Below are positions 10,113-18,753 of a stretch of 64,000 bases of DNA, piece after piece (within the stretch, counting starts at the first letter, position 1; each line of letters opens with the position of its first letter). The notes under the pieces were generated by a model. The model searched no databases. It had not been told where the DNA came from and worked only from the letters and a program-made list of their open reading frames with translations. This DNA comes from an uncultured Pseudomonadota bacterium (lineage in GTDB: Bacteria; Myxococcota_A; Polyangia; Fen-1088). The stretch is taken from assembly GCA_963847705.1 (NCBI GenBank), contig CAWKBC010000032.1, forward strand, positions 192,001 through 256,000. The letters are read 5' to 3'. Made by a program: the position numbers and the translations under genes.

Positions 10113-10141
10113 TTTTAATCGACCCAGCCAAGGAGCTCCCG

Positions 10142-11401
10142 ATGTCGACCCCAGCCACCGCCGCCGCCCGCGTCCCCGCCCCGCTCGTCCCCAGCCGTTC
10201 CCGCGCGGCCTGGCAGCTCCCCCGGCTCTCCAGGCGGGCCGCGTTCTACCTCCAGGCGTCGATCATCCTGTTCTTTCTGGCCGGCTCCAGCGCGCCCACC
10301 CCGCTCTACGCGCTCTACCAGGCCGCCTGGGGCTTCTCGCCCATCACCATCACCGTCGTCTTCGGGATCTACGCGCTCGCCGTGCTGGCCGCCCTGCTGG
10401 TGGTCGGCAGCCTCTCCGACTACGTCGGCCGCCGTCCCATCCTCTTCGCGGCCACCCTGCTCCAGGCGGTGACGATGGCGATCTTCGCCACCGCGCACGG
10501 GGTGGGGGCGCTGGTGCTGGCGCGGGTGGTTCAGGGGCTGTCGACCGGCGCCGCCGCGGGCGCCGTCGGCGCGGGCATGCTGGATCTCGATCGCGCCAAG
10601 GGGACCCTGGCCAACGCGGTCGGACCGATGCTCGGCACCGCGACGGGTGCGCTGGCCTCGGGCCTGATGGTGGTGTTTCTCCCCGCGCCGACCGTGCTGA
10701 TCTACCTGCCGCTCGGCGTGATCTTCCTGGCCCAGGCGGTGGGCGTCGCCGCGATGCCCGAATCGGTGACTCCGCGTCCCGGCGCGCTGGCCTCGCTGCG
10801 CCCCCAGTTTCACCTGCCCGCGCAGGCACGCGTGCCGATGCTGCTGGCGGTGCCGGCGCTGGTCGCGGCCTGGTCGCTGGTGGGGTTTTACGGGTCGCTG
10901 GGGCCGACCCTGGTGCGCCGGCTCGTCGGCTCGAGCTCGCCGGCGCTCGGGGGGTTGGTGCTGTTCGCCATGGCCGGCAGCGGTGCGCTCACCGTCCTTT
11001 TGACCCGCCAGCGCTCGGCGCGCTTTCTGACGCTGTTCGGAACCGCGACGCTCATGGCCGGCGTGGCGGTGACGCTGCTGGCGATCGCCCGCGCCTCCGT
11101 CGGCGTCCTCTTCGTCGGCACCGCCATCGCCGGAGTCGGCTTCGGCGGTACGTTTCAAGGCGCGATCCGCAGCGTCATTCCGCTGGCCGCCGCGCACCAG
11201 CGCGCCGGCGTGCTGTCGGTCCTCTACGTCGTCGCCTACCTGGCGATGGGTGCCCCGGCGGTGCTCGCCGGGCTGGGCGTCGTCCACGGCGGCGGCCTGC
11301 TGGTGACCGCGCGCGAGTACGGGCTGGCGGTGATCGCGCTGGCCGGCGCGGCGCTGCTCGGCACCCTGCTCCGCCGCACGACCGAGGCCAAGTCGTTGTA
11401 G
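10142..11401 (+). CDS. MFS transporter
   Basis: About 12 hydrophobic segments; motif A 'GSLSDYVGRRP'; 'PTPLY..Y' start; SD AAGGAG. Confidence 0.9.
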   Translation: MSTPATAAARVPAPLVPSRSRAAWQLPRLSRRAAFYLQASIILFFLAGSSAPTPLYALYQAAWGFSPITITVVFGIYALAVLAALLVVGSLSDYVGRRPILFAATLLQAVTMAIFATAHGVGALVLARVVQGLSTGAAAGAVGAGMLDLDRAKGTLANAVGPMLGTATGALASGLMVVFLPAPTVLIYLPLGVIFLAQAVGVAAMPESVTPRPGALASLRPQFHLPAQARVPMLLAVPALVAAWSLVGFYGSLGPTLVRRLVGSSSPALGGLVLFAMAGSGALTVLLTRQRSARFLTLFGTATLMAGVAVTLLAIARASVGVLFVGTAIAGVGFGGTFQGAIRSVIPLAAAHQRAGVLSVLYVVAYLAMGAPAVLAGLGVVHGGGLLVTAREYGLAVIALAGAALLGTLLRRTTEAKSL

Positions 11402-11410
11402 CCTTGGCGC

Positions 11411-12859
11411 GTGGCCCAGCAAGAGGGGAAGCAAGCGGCGAAACAAGAGGCGAAGCAAGCGGCGAAGAAGCCGGACGCCGCCGAGACCCTGACCGTCGCC
11501 GGCCGCGAGGTGCGGGTGACCAACCCGGGCAAGCCCTACTTCACGCGCGAGGCGAAGCTCAGCAAGTTGGACGTGGTTCGCTACTACCTCTCGGTGGCCG
11601 AGGGCGCGCTGGGCGGAATCCGCGATCGCCCCATCGTCCTCAAGCGCTTCGTCGACGGCGCGGAGGGTGAGGCCTTCTACCAGAAGCGCGCCCCCGACAA
11701 GCGCCCCGACTGGCTGCGGACGGTCACGCTGTCGTTCCCCTCGGGGCGGACGGCCGAGGAGGTGGTGGTCGACGACGCCGCCGGCCTGGCCTTCATCGTG
11801 AACCTCGGCTGCCTCGAGCTGCATCCGCACGCGGTGCGGGCGGGCGATCTCGACCACCCCGACGAGCTGCGCGTCGATCTCGATCCCGGGCCGGGCGTCG
11901 GCTGGGACGACGTGCGCCGCGTGGCGCTGGAGGTGAAAGCGCTGCTCGAGGAGCTGGGCCTGCGGGGGTGGCCGAAGACCAGCGGCTCGCGTGGGATCCA
12001 CGTCAATGCGCGGATCCATCCGCGCTGGAGCTTCGGCGACGTGCGTCGCGCCGCGCTGGCGCTGTCGCGCGAGATCGAGCGGCGGGCCCCGCAGATCGCC
12101 ACCTCGAAGTGGTGGAAGGAAGAGCGCCACGGCGTCTTCCTCGACTACAACCAGAACGCCAAGGACCGGACCACCTGCTCGGCCTACTCGATCCGCCCGC
12201 TCCCCGACGCGCGCGTCTCGGCGCCGCTCGACTGGAGCGAGGTCCCCGACTGCGACCCGGCCGACTTCACGGTGGCCACGATGCCGGCGCGCTTCGCGAC
12301 CCGCCCCGATCCGCACGCCGGGATGGACGCCGCCGCCGGAAGCCTCGACGGATTGCTCGCGCTCGCGGCGCGCGACGACGCCGCCGGCCTCGGCGACGCC
12401 CCCTGGCCGCCCCACTTCCGCAAGACCGAAGGGGAAGCGCCGCGGGTGGCGCCGTCACGCGCGCGCGGCGCCGCAAAAAAGAGATCCGCGGTGGCGCGCG
12501 ACGCCGGCGGTGAGCCAACCGAGACGAGGGCGGAGCCCGCGCCCGGGCGGCGTGCCTCGAAGATGCCGCTCATCACCATCGCGAACTCGCCCGACAAACA
12601 GGCGGCGCTGGAGGGCCTCGAACGTTGGAAGGCGAAGCACCCGGAGGCCGCGGCGCTGCTCGCCGTCGACGACGTTCTCATCGACGCCATGCGCGGCCGC
12701 TCGTCGACCTGGACGCGCGTCCGCATCAACCTCCGCCATGTCCCCGAGGGGACACGCCCGCCGCAGGAGACGCCCGACCCCGACGACGATCCGACGCGAG
12801 AATGGCGCCGGCGCTGGGCCGAGGCGCGGGCGCGCGGCGAAAACGATCCCGGCGCCTGA
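11411..12859 (+). CDS. Stand-alone LigD-type primase-polymerase (Prim-PolC-like) with C-terminal extension
   Basis: 'FYQKRAP', catalytic 'RVDLDPG', 'KTSGSRGIH', 'FLDYNQN', 'AYSIRP'. Confidence 0.9.
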   Translation: MAQQEGKQAAKQEAKQAAKKPDAAETLTVAGREVRVTNPGKPYFTREAKLSKLDVVRYYLSVAEGALGGIRDRPIVLKRFVDGAEGEAFYQKRAPDKRPDWLRTVTLSFPSGRTAEEVVVDDAAGLAFIVNLGCLELHPHAVRAGDLDHPDELRVDLDPGPGVGWDDVRRVALEVKALLEELGLRGWPKTSGSRGIHVNARIHPRWSFGDVRRAALALSREIERRAPQIATSKWWKEERHGVFLDYNQNAKDRTTCSAYSIRPLPDARVSAPLDWSEVPDCDPADFTVATMPARFATRPDPHAGMDAAAGSLDGLLALAARDDAAGLGDAPWPPHFRKTEGEAPRVAPSRARGAAKKRSAVARDAGGEPTETRAEPAPGRRASKMPLITIANSPDKQAALEGLERWKAKHPEAAALLAVDDVLIDAMRGRSSTWTRVRINLRHVPEGTRPPQETPDPDDDPTREWRRRWAEARARGENDPGA

Positions 12860-12895
12860 TCGGCCGCGCGGCGCGGCCGACGGACGAAGGTCCCG

Positions 12896-13771
12896 CTACT
12901 GGCCGGGGCGGTACCCTGGCGCCTTGGGGGAGGCGACGGTGGCCGGGCGAGCGGTCGGCGACGTCTGGGGTCTCGCGCCCGCTCTCGGCGCGACCTGGGG
13001 CGCCTTGGGACTGGCGAGCGCCACCTTGCGGATAACCGGCGGCGCCGGGGGAGGCGCGACCACCACCACCGGGCGAGCGGCCTGCGGCGTCCTGGCAGCC
13101 GCGACCACCGCGGGACCAGCGGCCGGGGGCGCTCTGGGAACCGCGATCACCGCTCTGCGAACGGCCGGCGGCGTCTTGGGGACCGCCACGGTCGCTCTGC
13201 GAACGGCCAGCGGCGTCTTGGGGACCGCCACGGTCGCTCTGCGAAGGGCCAGCGGCGTCTTGGGGACCGCCACCGTCGCTCTGCGAACGGCCGGCGGCGT
13301 CTTGGGGACGGCGACCGCCACTCTGGGAACGGCCCGCGGCGTTGGGGGCGCCGTCACCGCCGGCTTGCGAGCGACCGGAGACAGCCCGACCGCCGCGACC
13401 GGCAGTTCGTGACCGGCCGCCGCTGGCGGTGATGGCGCGGGCCTCGTGGTGCTCGGGACCAGCGCGCTCGCCGACGCTGAAACGACGGGGAGGGGCGCCC
13501 CATGCCGGGTCGAATGATGCTGGGTCGCCAGGAACAGGGCGAGCGGCAGCAAACCCACGCAGATCAGGACGGCCAACCGATGGCGCTCGACGCCCGCGCG
13601 CAGCCGCAGCAGCGCCTGCCGGAACGGCGTCTCGGCCCGCCACGCCGCCGCCACCTTGGACGCCGACATGGCCTGGCTCAGCCGTTCGCCTTCATCCAGC
13701 CAACGACTGATGAGCTCCGAGAACGGGGGGGCGACGGCGTCTTCGGTGAGCGCTCTCTCCTGGTCTTCCAT
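12896..13771 (-). CDS. Hypothetical single-TM protein with Pro/Ala/Val/Arg-rich repeats
   Basis: One hydrophobic segment (LAVLICVGLLPLALFL) followed by ATVAVPKTPxAVRR repeats. Confidence 0.55.
   Translation of the reverse strand: MEDQERALTEDAVAPPFSELISRWLDEGERLSQAMSASKVAAAWRAETPFRQALLRLRAGVERHRLAVLICVGLLPLALFLATQHHSTRHGAPLPVVSASASALVPSTTRPAPSPPAAAGHELPVAAVGLSPVARKPAVTAPPTPRAVPRVAVAVPKTPPAVRRATVAVPKTPLALRRATVAVPKTPLAVRRATVAVPKTPPAVRRAVIAVPRAPPAAGPAVVAAARTPQAARPVVVVAPPPAPPVIRKVALASPKAPQVAPRAGARPQTSPTARPATVASPKAPGYRPGQ
13130..13350. repeat. 42-bp coding tandem repeat, about 5 copies
   Basis: CGCTCTGCGAA recurs at 13151, 13193, 13235 and 13277, with a degenerate copy at 13319. Confidence 0.85.
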
Positions 13772-13880
13772 GGCTCGACAGTCGTTAGTGCCGACAGGGC
13801 CGCGATCGGTCGCAAAAAAAACGCACCGGTGATGGCTGTCGCCGTCGATTTATGGCGGGGGCGCCCCGCGGCCCGCGAAA

Positions 13881-14978
13881 TCAGCGGCCGGCGGCGAAGA
13901 TGGCGGCCAGCTCATGCGGGGCCACGACCTCGAGCTGCTCGTACGTGCAGTCGTGTGGGCTCTTGTCGGGCCGCCAGCGCCGGAAGTGGGCGGTGTGGCG
14001 GAAGCGCGATCCCTGCATGTGCTCGTAGGCGACCTCCACGCAGAGCTCGGCGCGCAGCGGCTCCCACGACAAATCCTTCCCCTGGCTCCAGCGGCTCTTC
14101 ACCCCGGGGACGCGGTGGCCGGCTTCGTCGAGCTCCTGCGCGGCGGCCCACTCTTTCCAGGGATGGTCGACCAGCGCGTTCTGGCGGTACGGCGCCAGCA
14201 GCTCGACCAGCTCGACGCGCTTGGCGGCCGTGAAGCTGGCGGCGACGCCGACGTGTTGCAGCTTGCCGGCGCCGTCGTAGAGGCCGAGCAGCAAGGAGCC
14301 GACGGCGGTCTTCTCGGTGGTGGTGCCGCCTTTGGCGTGCCAGCGGAAGCCGGCCACCACGCAGTCGCACTCGCGCTCGTGCTTGACCTTGAACATGACC
14401 CGCTTGTTCGGTTCGTAAAGGCCGGACGCTGGCTTGGCCATCACCCCGTCGAGGCCGGCCCCCTCGAAGCGCTTGAACCAATCCCCGGCCAGCGCCCGAT
14501 CGGTCGTGGCCGGCGTCAGGTGAATCGGGGGCTTCGCGCCGCCGAGGCGCGCCTCCAGCAGCGCGCGCCGCTGGCGAAACGGGACTCCCCGCAGATCGCG
14601 ATCGCCGTCGCACAGCAGATCGAAGAAGACGACCGAGGCCGGGATCTCCGCGGCCAGCAGCTTCACGCGCGAGGCTGCGGGGTGAATGCGCTGCTGCAGC
14701 ACCTCGAAGTCGAGCCCGGAGCCGCGCACCAGGACGATCTCGCCGTCGAGCACGCAGCGCTCGGGCAGCGCCGCCATCAGCGCCTCGACCACCTCGGGGA
14801 AGTAGCGGTTGAGCGGCTTTTCGTCGCGGCTCTGGATCGTGATGTCGTCGCCGTCGCGGAAGATCAGCGCACGGAACCCGTCCCACTTGGGCTCGAAGAT
14901 CCAGCCGTCGCCCTGGGGAAGCTCGGCGATCCGCTTGGAGAGCATCGGCAACACCGGTGGCGGAACCGGGAGCGCCAT
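13881..14978 (-). CDS. ligC: ATP-dependent DNA ligase, LigC type
   Basis: Motif I 'EPKWDGFR', 'VLDGEIV', 'FFDLL', 'LDGVMAK', OB domain 'VGSLLLGLYD', 'RFRH..F.RWRPDK'. Confidence 0.88.
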   Translation of the reverse strand: MALPVPPPVLPMLSKRIAELPQGDGWIFEPKWDGFRALIFRDGDDITIQSRDEKPLNRYFPEVVEALMAALPERCVLDGEIVLVRGSGLDFEVLQQRIHPAASRVKLLAAEIPASVVFFDLLCDGDRDLRGVPFRQRRALLEARLGGAKPPIHLTPATTDRALAGDWFKRFEGAGLDGVMAKPASGLYEPNKRVMFKVKHERECDCVVAGFRWHAKGGTTTEKTAVGSLLLGLYDGAGKLQHVGVAASFTAAKRVELVELLAPYRQNALVDHPWKEWAAAQELDEAGHRVPGVKSRWSQGKDLSWEPLRAELCVEVAYEHMQGSRFRHTAHFRRWRPDKSPHDCTYEQLEVVAPHELAAIFAAGR

Positions 14979-15082
14979 CAGGCCAGGACCCAGCCGAGCG
15001 AGGCCTGCATGAGCGCGCCGCCCAGGAGTCGCTGGCGATGGACGTGCGACCACAGATCGGGTGCGACGGCGGCGGGCGGCAT
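14978..15082 (-). CDS. Putative 34-aa small ORF translationally coupled to ligC
   Basis: MPPAAVAPDLWSHVHRQRLLGGALMQASLGWVLA*; its TGA overlaps the ligC ATG (TGATG); ATG lies 6 nt after TATTGT. Confidence 0.4.
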   Translation of the reverse strand: MPPAAVAPDLWSHVHRQRLLGGALMQASLGWVLA

Positions 15083-15122
15083 GGCCGAACAATAGTCCGA
15101 CTCGCGCCGCGGATCGATCAGA

Positions 15123-15172
15123 GCTGCGCGCGCTCGGCGCTGCGCGCGCTCAGTGCTGCGCGCGCTCAGTGC
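15123..15172. repeat. 16-bp tandem repeat x3 at the ABC-F stop codon
   Basis: GCTGCGCGCGCTCGGC GCTGCGCGCGCTCAGT GCTGCGCGCGCTCAGT GC. Confidence 0.7.
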
Positions 15173-16785
15173 AGGCCGGGCGCTTCGTGGCCGCTGCGCG
15201 CGACGTACTCGACGTAGCCGCCGCCGTACAACGTGGGGCCGTCGGGTCCGAGCTCGAGAACGCGGTTCGACAGCTTGGCCAGGAACTGGCGATCGTGCGA
15301 CACGAACAGCATCGTCCCGTCGTAGTCGGCGAGCGAGCGGACGATCATGTCCTTGGTGGCGATGTCGAGGTGGTTGGTCGGCTCGTCGAGCACCAGGAAG
15401 TTCGGCCGCGCGTAGAGGATGCGCGCCAGCACCAGACGCGCCTTCTCCCCGCCCGAGAGGATGCGGCAGGTCTTGTCGACGTCGTCGCCCGAAAAGCCGA
15501 AGCAGCCAGCCAGCGTCTTCAGCGCGCCCACGCTGGCCAGCGGGAACGACTCCTCCAGCGTGGCGTAGACCGACTTTTCGGGGTCGAGGATGTCCATGGC
15601 GTGCTGCGCGAAGTAGCCGAGCTTCACGCTGGGCCCGACCGAGACCGACCCTTCGTCGGGCCTGGTCTCGCCGGCGATCAGCTTGAGCAGCGTCGACTTG
15701 CCGGCGCCGTTCACCCCCATGATCGCCCAGCGCTCCTTGCGGCGGATGGCCAGGTCGAGCCCCTGGTAGACGACGCGGGAGCCGTAGCGCTTGTGGACGC
15801 CGCCGATCTTGACGACGTCCTCGCCCGAGCGCGCGCAGGGAGGGAACTCGAAGGCCAGGGCCTTGCGTCGCTTGGGCGGCTCGACCTTCTCGATCTTGTC
15901 CAGCTTCTTCACCCGCGACTGCACCTGCGACGCCTTGGCCGCCTGCGCCTTGAAGCGCTCGATGAAGCGCATCTCCTTGGCCAGCATCGACTGCTGCCGA
16001 TCGTAGGCCGCCTGCGCCTGCACCTCGTTCTGCGCCCGCTGCTTCTCGTAGAAGTCGTGGTTCCCCGAGTAGCTGGTGAGCACGCCGCCGTCGATCTCGA
16101 TGATCCGCCCGACGATCCGGTTGAGGAACTCGCGATCGTGCGAGGTCATCAGGAGCGCGCCTTCGTAGGCCTTGAGGAACCCCTCCAGCCAGATCAGCGA
16201 TTCGAGATCGAGGTGGTTCGAGGGCTCGTCGAGCAGCATGGCGTCGGGGCGCATGAGGAGGATGCGCGCCAGGGCGACCCGCATCTTCCACCCGCCCGAG
16301 AGGTTGCCGACGTCGCCGTCCATGACCTCCTGCGAGAACCCCAGCCCGTCGAGGATCTCGCGCGCCCGCGCCTCCAGCGCGTAGCCGCCGAGCTCGTCGA
16401 AGCGCGCCTGCACCTCGCCGAAGCGGGCCAGGATCTTGTCCATCTCGTCGGCGCGTGCCGGATCGGCCAGCGCCTCCTCCAGCGTCTTCATCTCGGCGGC
16501 GACCTCCGACACCGCGCCGGCGCCCGCCATCACCTCGGCCACCACCGGCAGCCCCTTCATCTCGCCGACGTCCTGGCTGAAGTACCCGATGCTGATGTTC
16601 TTCTCGACCGAGACCTGCCCCTCGTCCGGCGTCTCCTCGCGCATGATCATCCGGAAGATGGTCGACTTTCCGGCGCCGTTGGGCCCGACGAGGCCGATCT
16701 TCTCGCCGCGGAAGAGCGCCGCCGAGGCGTCGACGAAGAGGATCTGCGGTCCGTGCTGCTTGCTGATCTGATCGAGGCGAATCAC
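15166..16785 (-). CDS. ABC-F family ATPase (two ABC domains, no TM segments)
   Basis: Two Walker A motifs (GPNGAGKST, GVNGAGKST), LSGGW/LSGGE signatures, LLDEPSNHLD/VLDEPTNHLD. GTG start inferred at 16785. Confidence 0.92.
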   Translation of the reverse strand: MIRLDQISKQHGPQILFVDASAALFRGEKIGLVGPNGAGKSTIFRMIMREETPDEGQVSVEKNISIGYFSQDVGEMKGLPVVAEVMAGAGAVSEVAAEMKTLEEALADPARADEMDKILARFGEVQARFDELGGYALEARAREILDGLGFSQEVMDGDVGNLSGGWKMRVALARILLMRPDAMLLDEPSNHLDLESLIWLEGFLKAYEGALLMTSHDREFLNRIVGRIIEIDGGVLTSYSGNHDFYEKQRAQNEVQAQAAYDRQQSMLAKEMRFIERFKAQAAKASQVQSRVKKLDKIEKVEPPKRRKALAFEFPPCARSGEDVVKIGGVHKRYGSRVVYQGLDLAIRRKERWAIMGVNGAGKSTLLKLIAGETRPDEGSVSVGPSVKLGYFAQHAMDILDPEKSVYATLEESFPLASVGALKTLAGCFGFSGDDVDKTCRILSGGEKARLVLARILYARPNFLVLDEPTNHLDIATKDMIVRSLADYDGTMLFVSHDRQFLAKLSNRVLELGPDGPTLYGGGYVEYVARSGHEAPGLH

Positions 16786-17040
16786 GAGGCCGCGAAGAAT
16801 ACCCGGCGACCGCCCGAACGGGTCGGGAAACGACAGCTCGGCCGAGCCGCTCGAGCTTCGCGCTCGACCCTGCGGGGTCCGTTCCGCGTCGTTCATGGCT
16901 GAGTCCGTGGCCGGTTGTCCGCCCGGAATTTCTGGCGACGCGCCTCGTTCTTTTGCCGAGCGGATCGCCAACTGGCGTACAATTTCCTGGCGACAGGGGT
17001 CGGCGCGGGCCGCCATCCTGTGCTCTCACGGAGGTGCTTC

Positions 17041-18693
17041 ATGCCCCAAGGCCAGATCCGGGTTCTATCGATCGTCGTGTTCGCGGTGTTGGCGACGGCG
17101 ACGTCCTGCAGCTCGAACAACAAGATGCGTTCCAGCGGGGCTGCCGGCACCGTCGGAGCGAGCTCGGGCAGCGGCGGCGCGAAGGGCACCGGCGGCGCGA
17201 CGGGCACTGGCGGGGCGACGGGCACCGGAGGGGCGACCGGCACCGGCGGCGCGACCGGCACGGGCGGCTCTACAGGCGGCGGCGGCGCGATCGGAACCGG
17301 AGGCGCGACCGGCAGCGCGGGCGCCAAGGGCCCTGGAGGCTCGAGCGGCACCGGTGGTACACCCGTCGTTCTCGGTACGCCCAACGTCACGATCGACACC
17401 AAGACGCAATTCCAGACCATCGACGGCTTCGGTTTCTTCGGCGCCCAGGATGTCTGGTGGTCCGACGCGAGCAACCTCTACTCTGATGCCTGGGGGAAAC
17501 TGGTCGTCAACGACCTGGGGATCACGATCTGGCGAAACGAGTATTATTCGGAGGAGACGAACCAGGACGCGAACTGGGCCAAGCAGAAGCCGGTGGTCCA
17601 GGGATTGAAGGCCGTCGCGGACGCGGCCAACGTCCCACTCAAGTTCGTCTTCACCGTCTGGTCGCCGCCGTCGAGCATGAAGTGCACGGTCGACAGCGTG
17701 CAAGCCGGAACCAAGCCCTGCACGCCCAACCCCGGCGGCCTCAAGAACGGGGGGACCTTGGACCCGTCGCAGTACGCCGCTTACGCGCAGTGGCTCGAAG
17801 CAGGGGTCAAGGATTATGCCGACGCAGGCATCAATCTCTACGCGCTCTCGCCGCAGAACGAGCCGATGTTCGTCGAGACCTACAACTCGTGCGTCTACGA
17901 CATCACCGCTGCCAAGCTGAACTCCTACGCCAAGCTGATCGAAGCTGTCGTTCCCGCGGTGCGCAAGGTCGATCCCAACGTGAAGATCTTCGGCACCGAG
18001 AACATGCTCCAGCTCGAGGGGCAGCCCTACTTCTATTCCGCGTACATGGACGCGAGCGGATGGGGGAACCTGGACATCCTCGCCTACCACGGCTACCAGG
18101 ACGGGGTCGCGCCGACGGCCTCCTCGCAGCTCGCGACCTACTGGAATTTCGTGCGGACCAACTGGGACGCTCCGCATTCCAAGACCACCTGGATGAGCGA
18201 GACCTCCGGCTACACCGACAACTGGGCCGACAGCAACGGCGCGCGCAATCTGGCGTACGCCATCTATGCCGCGCTCAGCTACGGACAGGTCTCTGCCTGG
18301 ATCTGGTGGCAGGGGAGCGCGCTCGGCGGCCCGCCCAGTCAATCCGTGCTGATGGGCGGCACGCAGTACCTCGGCAAGCGCTACTACGTCTCGAAGAACT
18401 TCTACCGCTACATCCGTCCTGGCGCGAAGTCAGTCCAGGTGACCACCACCGACCCCACCCTCTTCTTGGTGGCGTTCACCAACCCTGGCTCGGGCGCATT
18501 CACGATCGTGGCGATCAACACCGACACCAGCGACAAGACGTTGACCATCGGCGGCGCCAACCTCCCACAGACCTTCGACGCCTATCGGACATCGGCCACC
18601 GAGGACTGCATTTCGGCGGGCAACATGGCCAACGGCGCCATCACGCTGAAGGCCGACAGCGTGACGACGCTGGTCAACGGCAGCACGCAGTAG
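17041..18693 (+). CDS. GH30 glycoside hydrolase lipoprotein (xylanase-like)
   Basis: Lipobox ATSC; GGATGT repeat linker; 'QTIDGFG', 'WSPP', catalytic 'QNEP' and 'WMSE', 'SAWIWW', 'RYIRPGA'. Confidence 0.85.
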   Translation: MPQGQIRVLSIVVFAVLATATSCSSNNKMRSSGAAGTVGASSGSGGAKGTGGATGTGGATGTGGATGTGGATGTGGSTGGGGAIGTGGATGSAGAKGPGGSSGTGGTPVVLGTPNVTIDTKTQFQTIDGFGFFGAQDVWWSDASNLYSDAWGKLVVNDLGITIWRNEYYSEETNQDANWAKQKPVVQGLKAVADAANVPLKFVFTVWSPPSSMKCTVDSVQAGTKPCTPNPGGLKNGGTLDPSQYAAYAQWLEAGVKDYADAGINLYALSPQNEPMFVETYNSCVYDITAAKLNSYAKLIEAVVPAVRKVDPNVKIFGTENMLQLEGQPYFYSAYMDASGWGNLDILAYHGYQDGVAPTASSQLATYWNFVRTNWDAPHSKTTWMSETSGYTDNWADSNGARNLAYAIYAALSYGQVSAWIWWQGSALGGPPSQSVLMGGTQYLGKRYYVSKNFYRYIRPGAKSVQVTTTDPTLFLVAFTNPGSGAFTIVAINTDTSDKTLTIGGANLPQTFDAYRTSATEDCISAGNMANGAITLKADSVTTLVNGSTQ

Positions 18694-18753
18694 TCCTGCG
18701 CCACCGTCGGCGCGGATTGCACCCGGGCGCGCTTCGCCCGTATCGTACCCGCC

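Noticed and set aside
13130-13350. Regular repeats as a possible CRISPR array
   Set aside because: The units are contiguous, in-frame 42-bp coding repeats with no unique spacers, and no cas genes are present.
13805-13850. A-run as a possible minus-strand terminator after ligC
   Set aside because: No convincing GC hairpin lies directly before the U-tract.
11411-14978. A complete NHEJ (Ku-LigD) system
   Set aside because: There is no Ku or phosphoesterase domain in the window; the architecture fits a separate Prim-Pol and LigC.
15166-16785. ABC-F as an antibiotic-resistance (ARE) gene
   Set aside because: The subfamily cannot be assigned by eye. Housekeeping ABC-F proteins are ubiquitous and no leader or resistance context is evident.
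16925-16995. Direct repeat AATTTC(C)TGGCGAC upstream of the GH30 gene
   Set aside because: There are only two imperfect copies and no adjacent regulator, too weak to call an operator.
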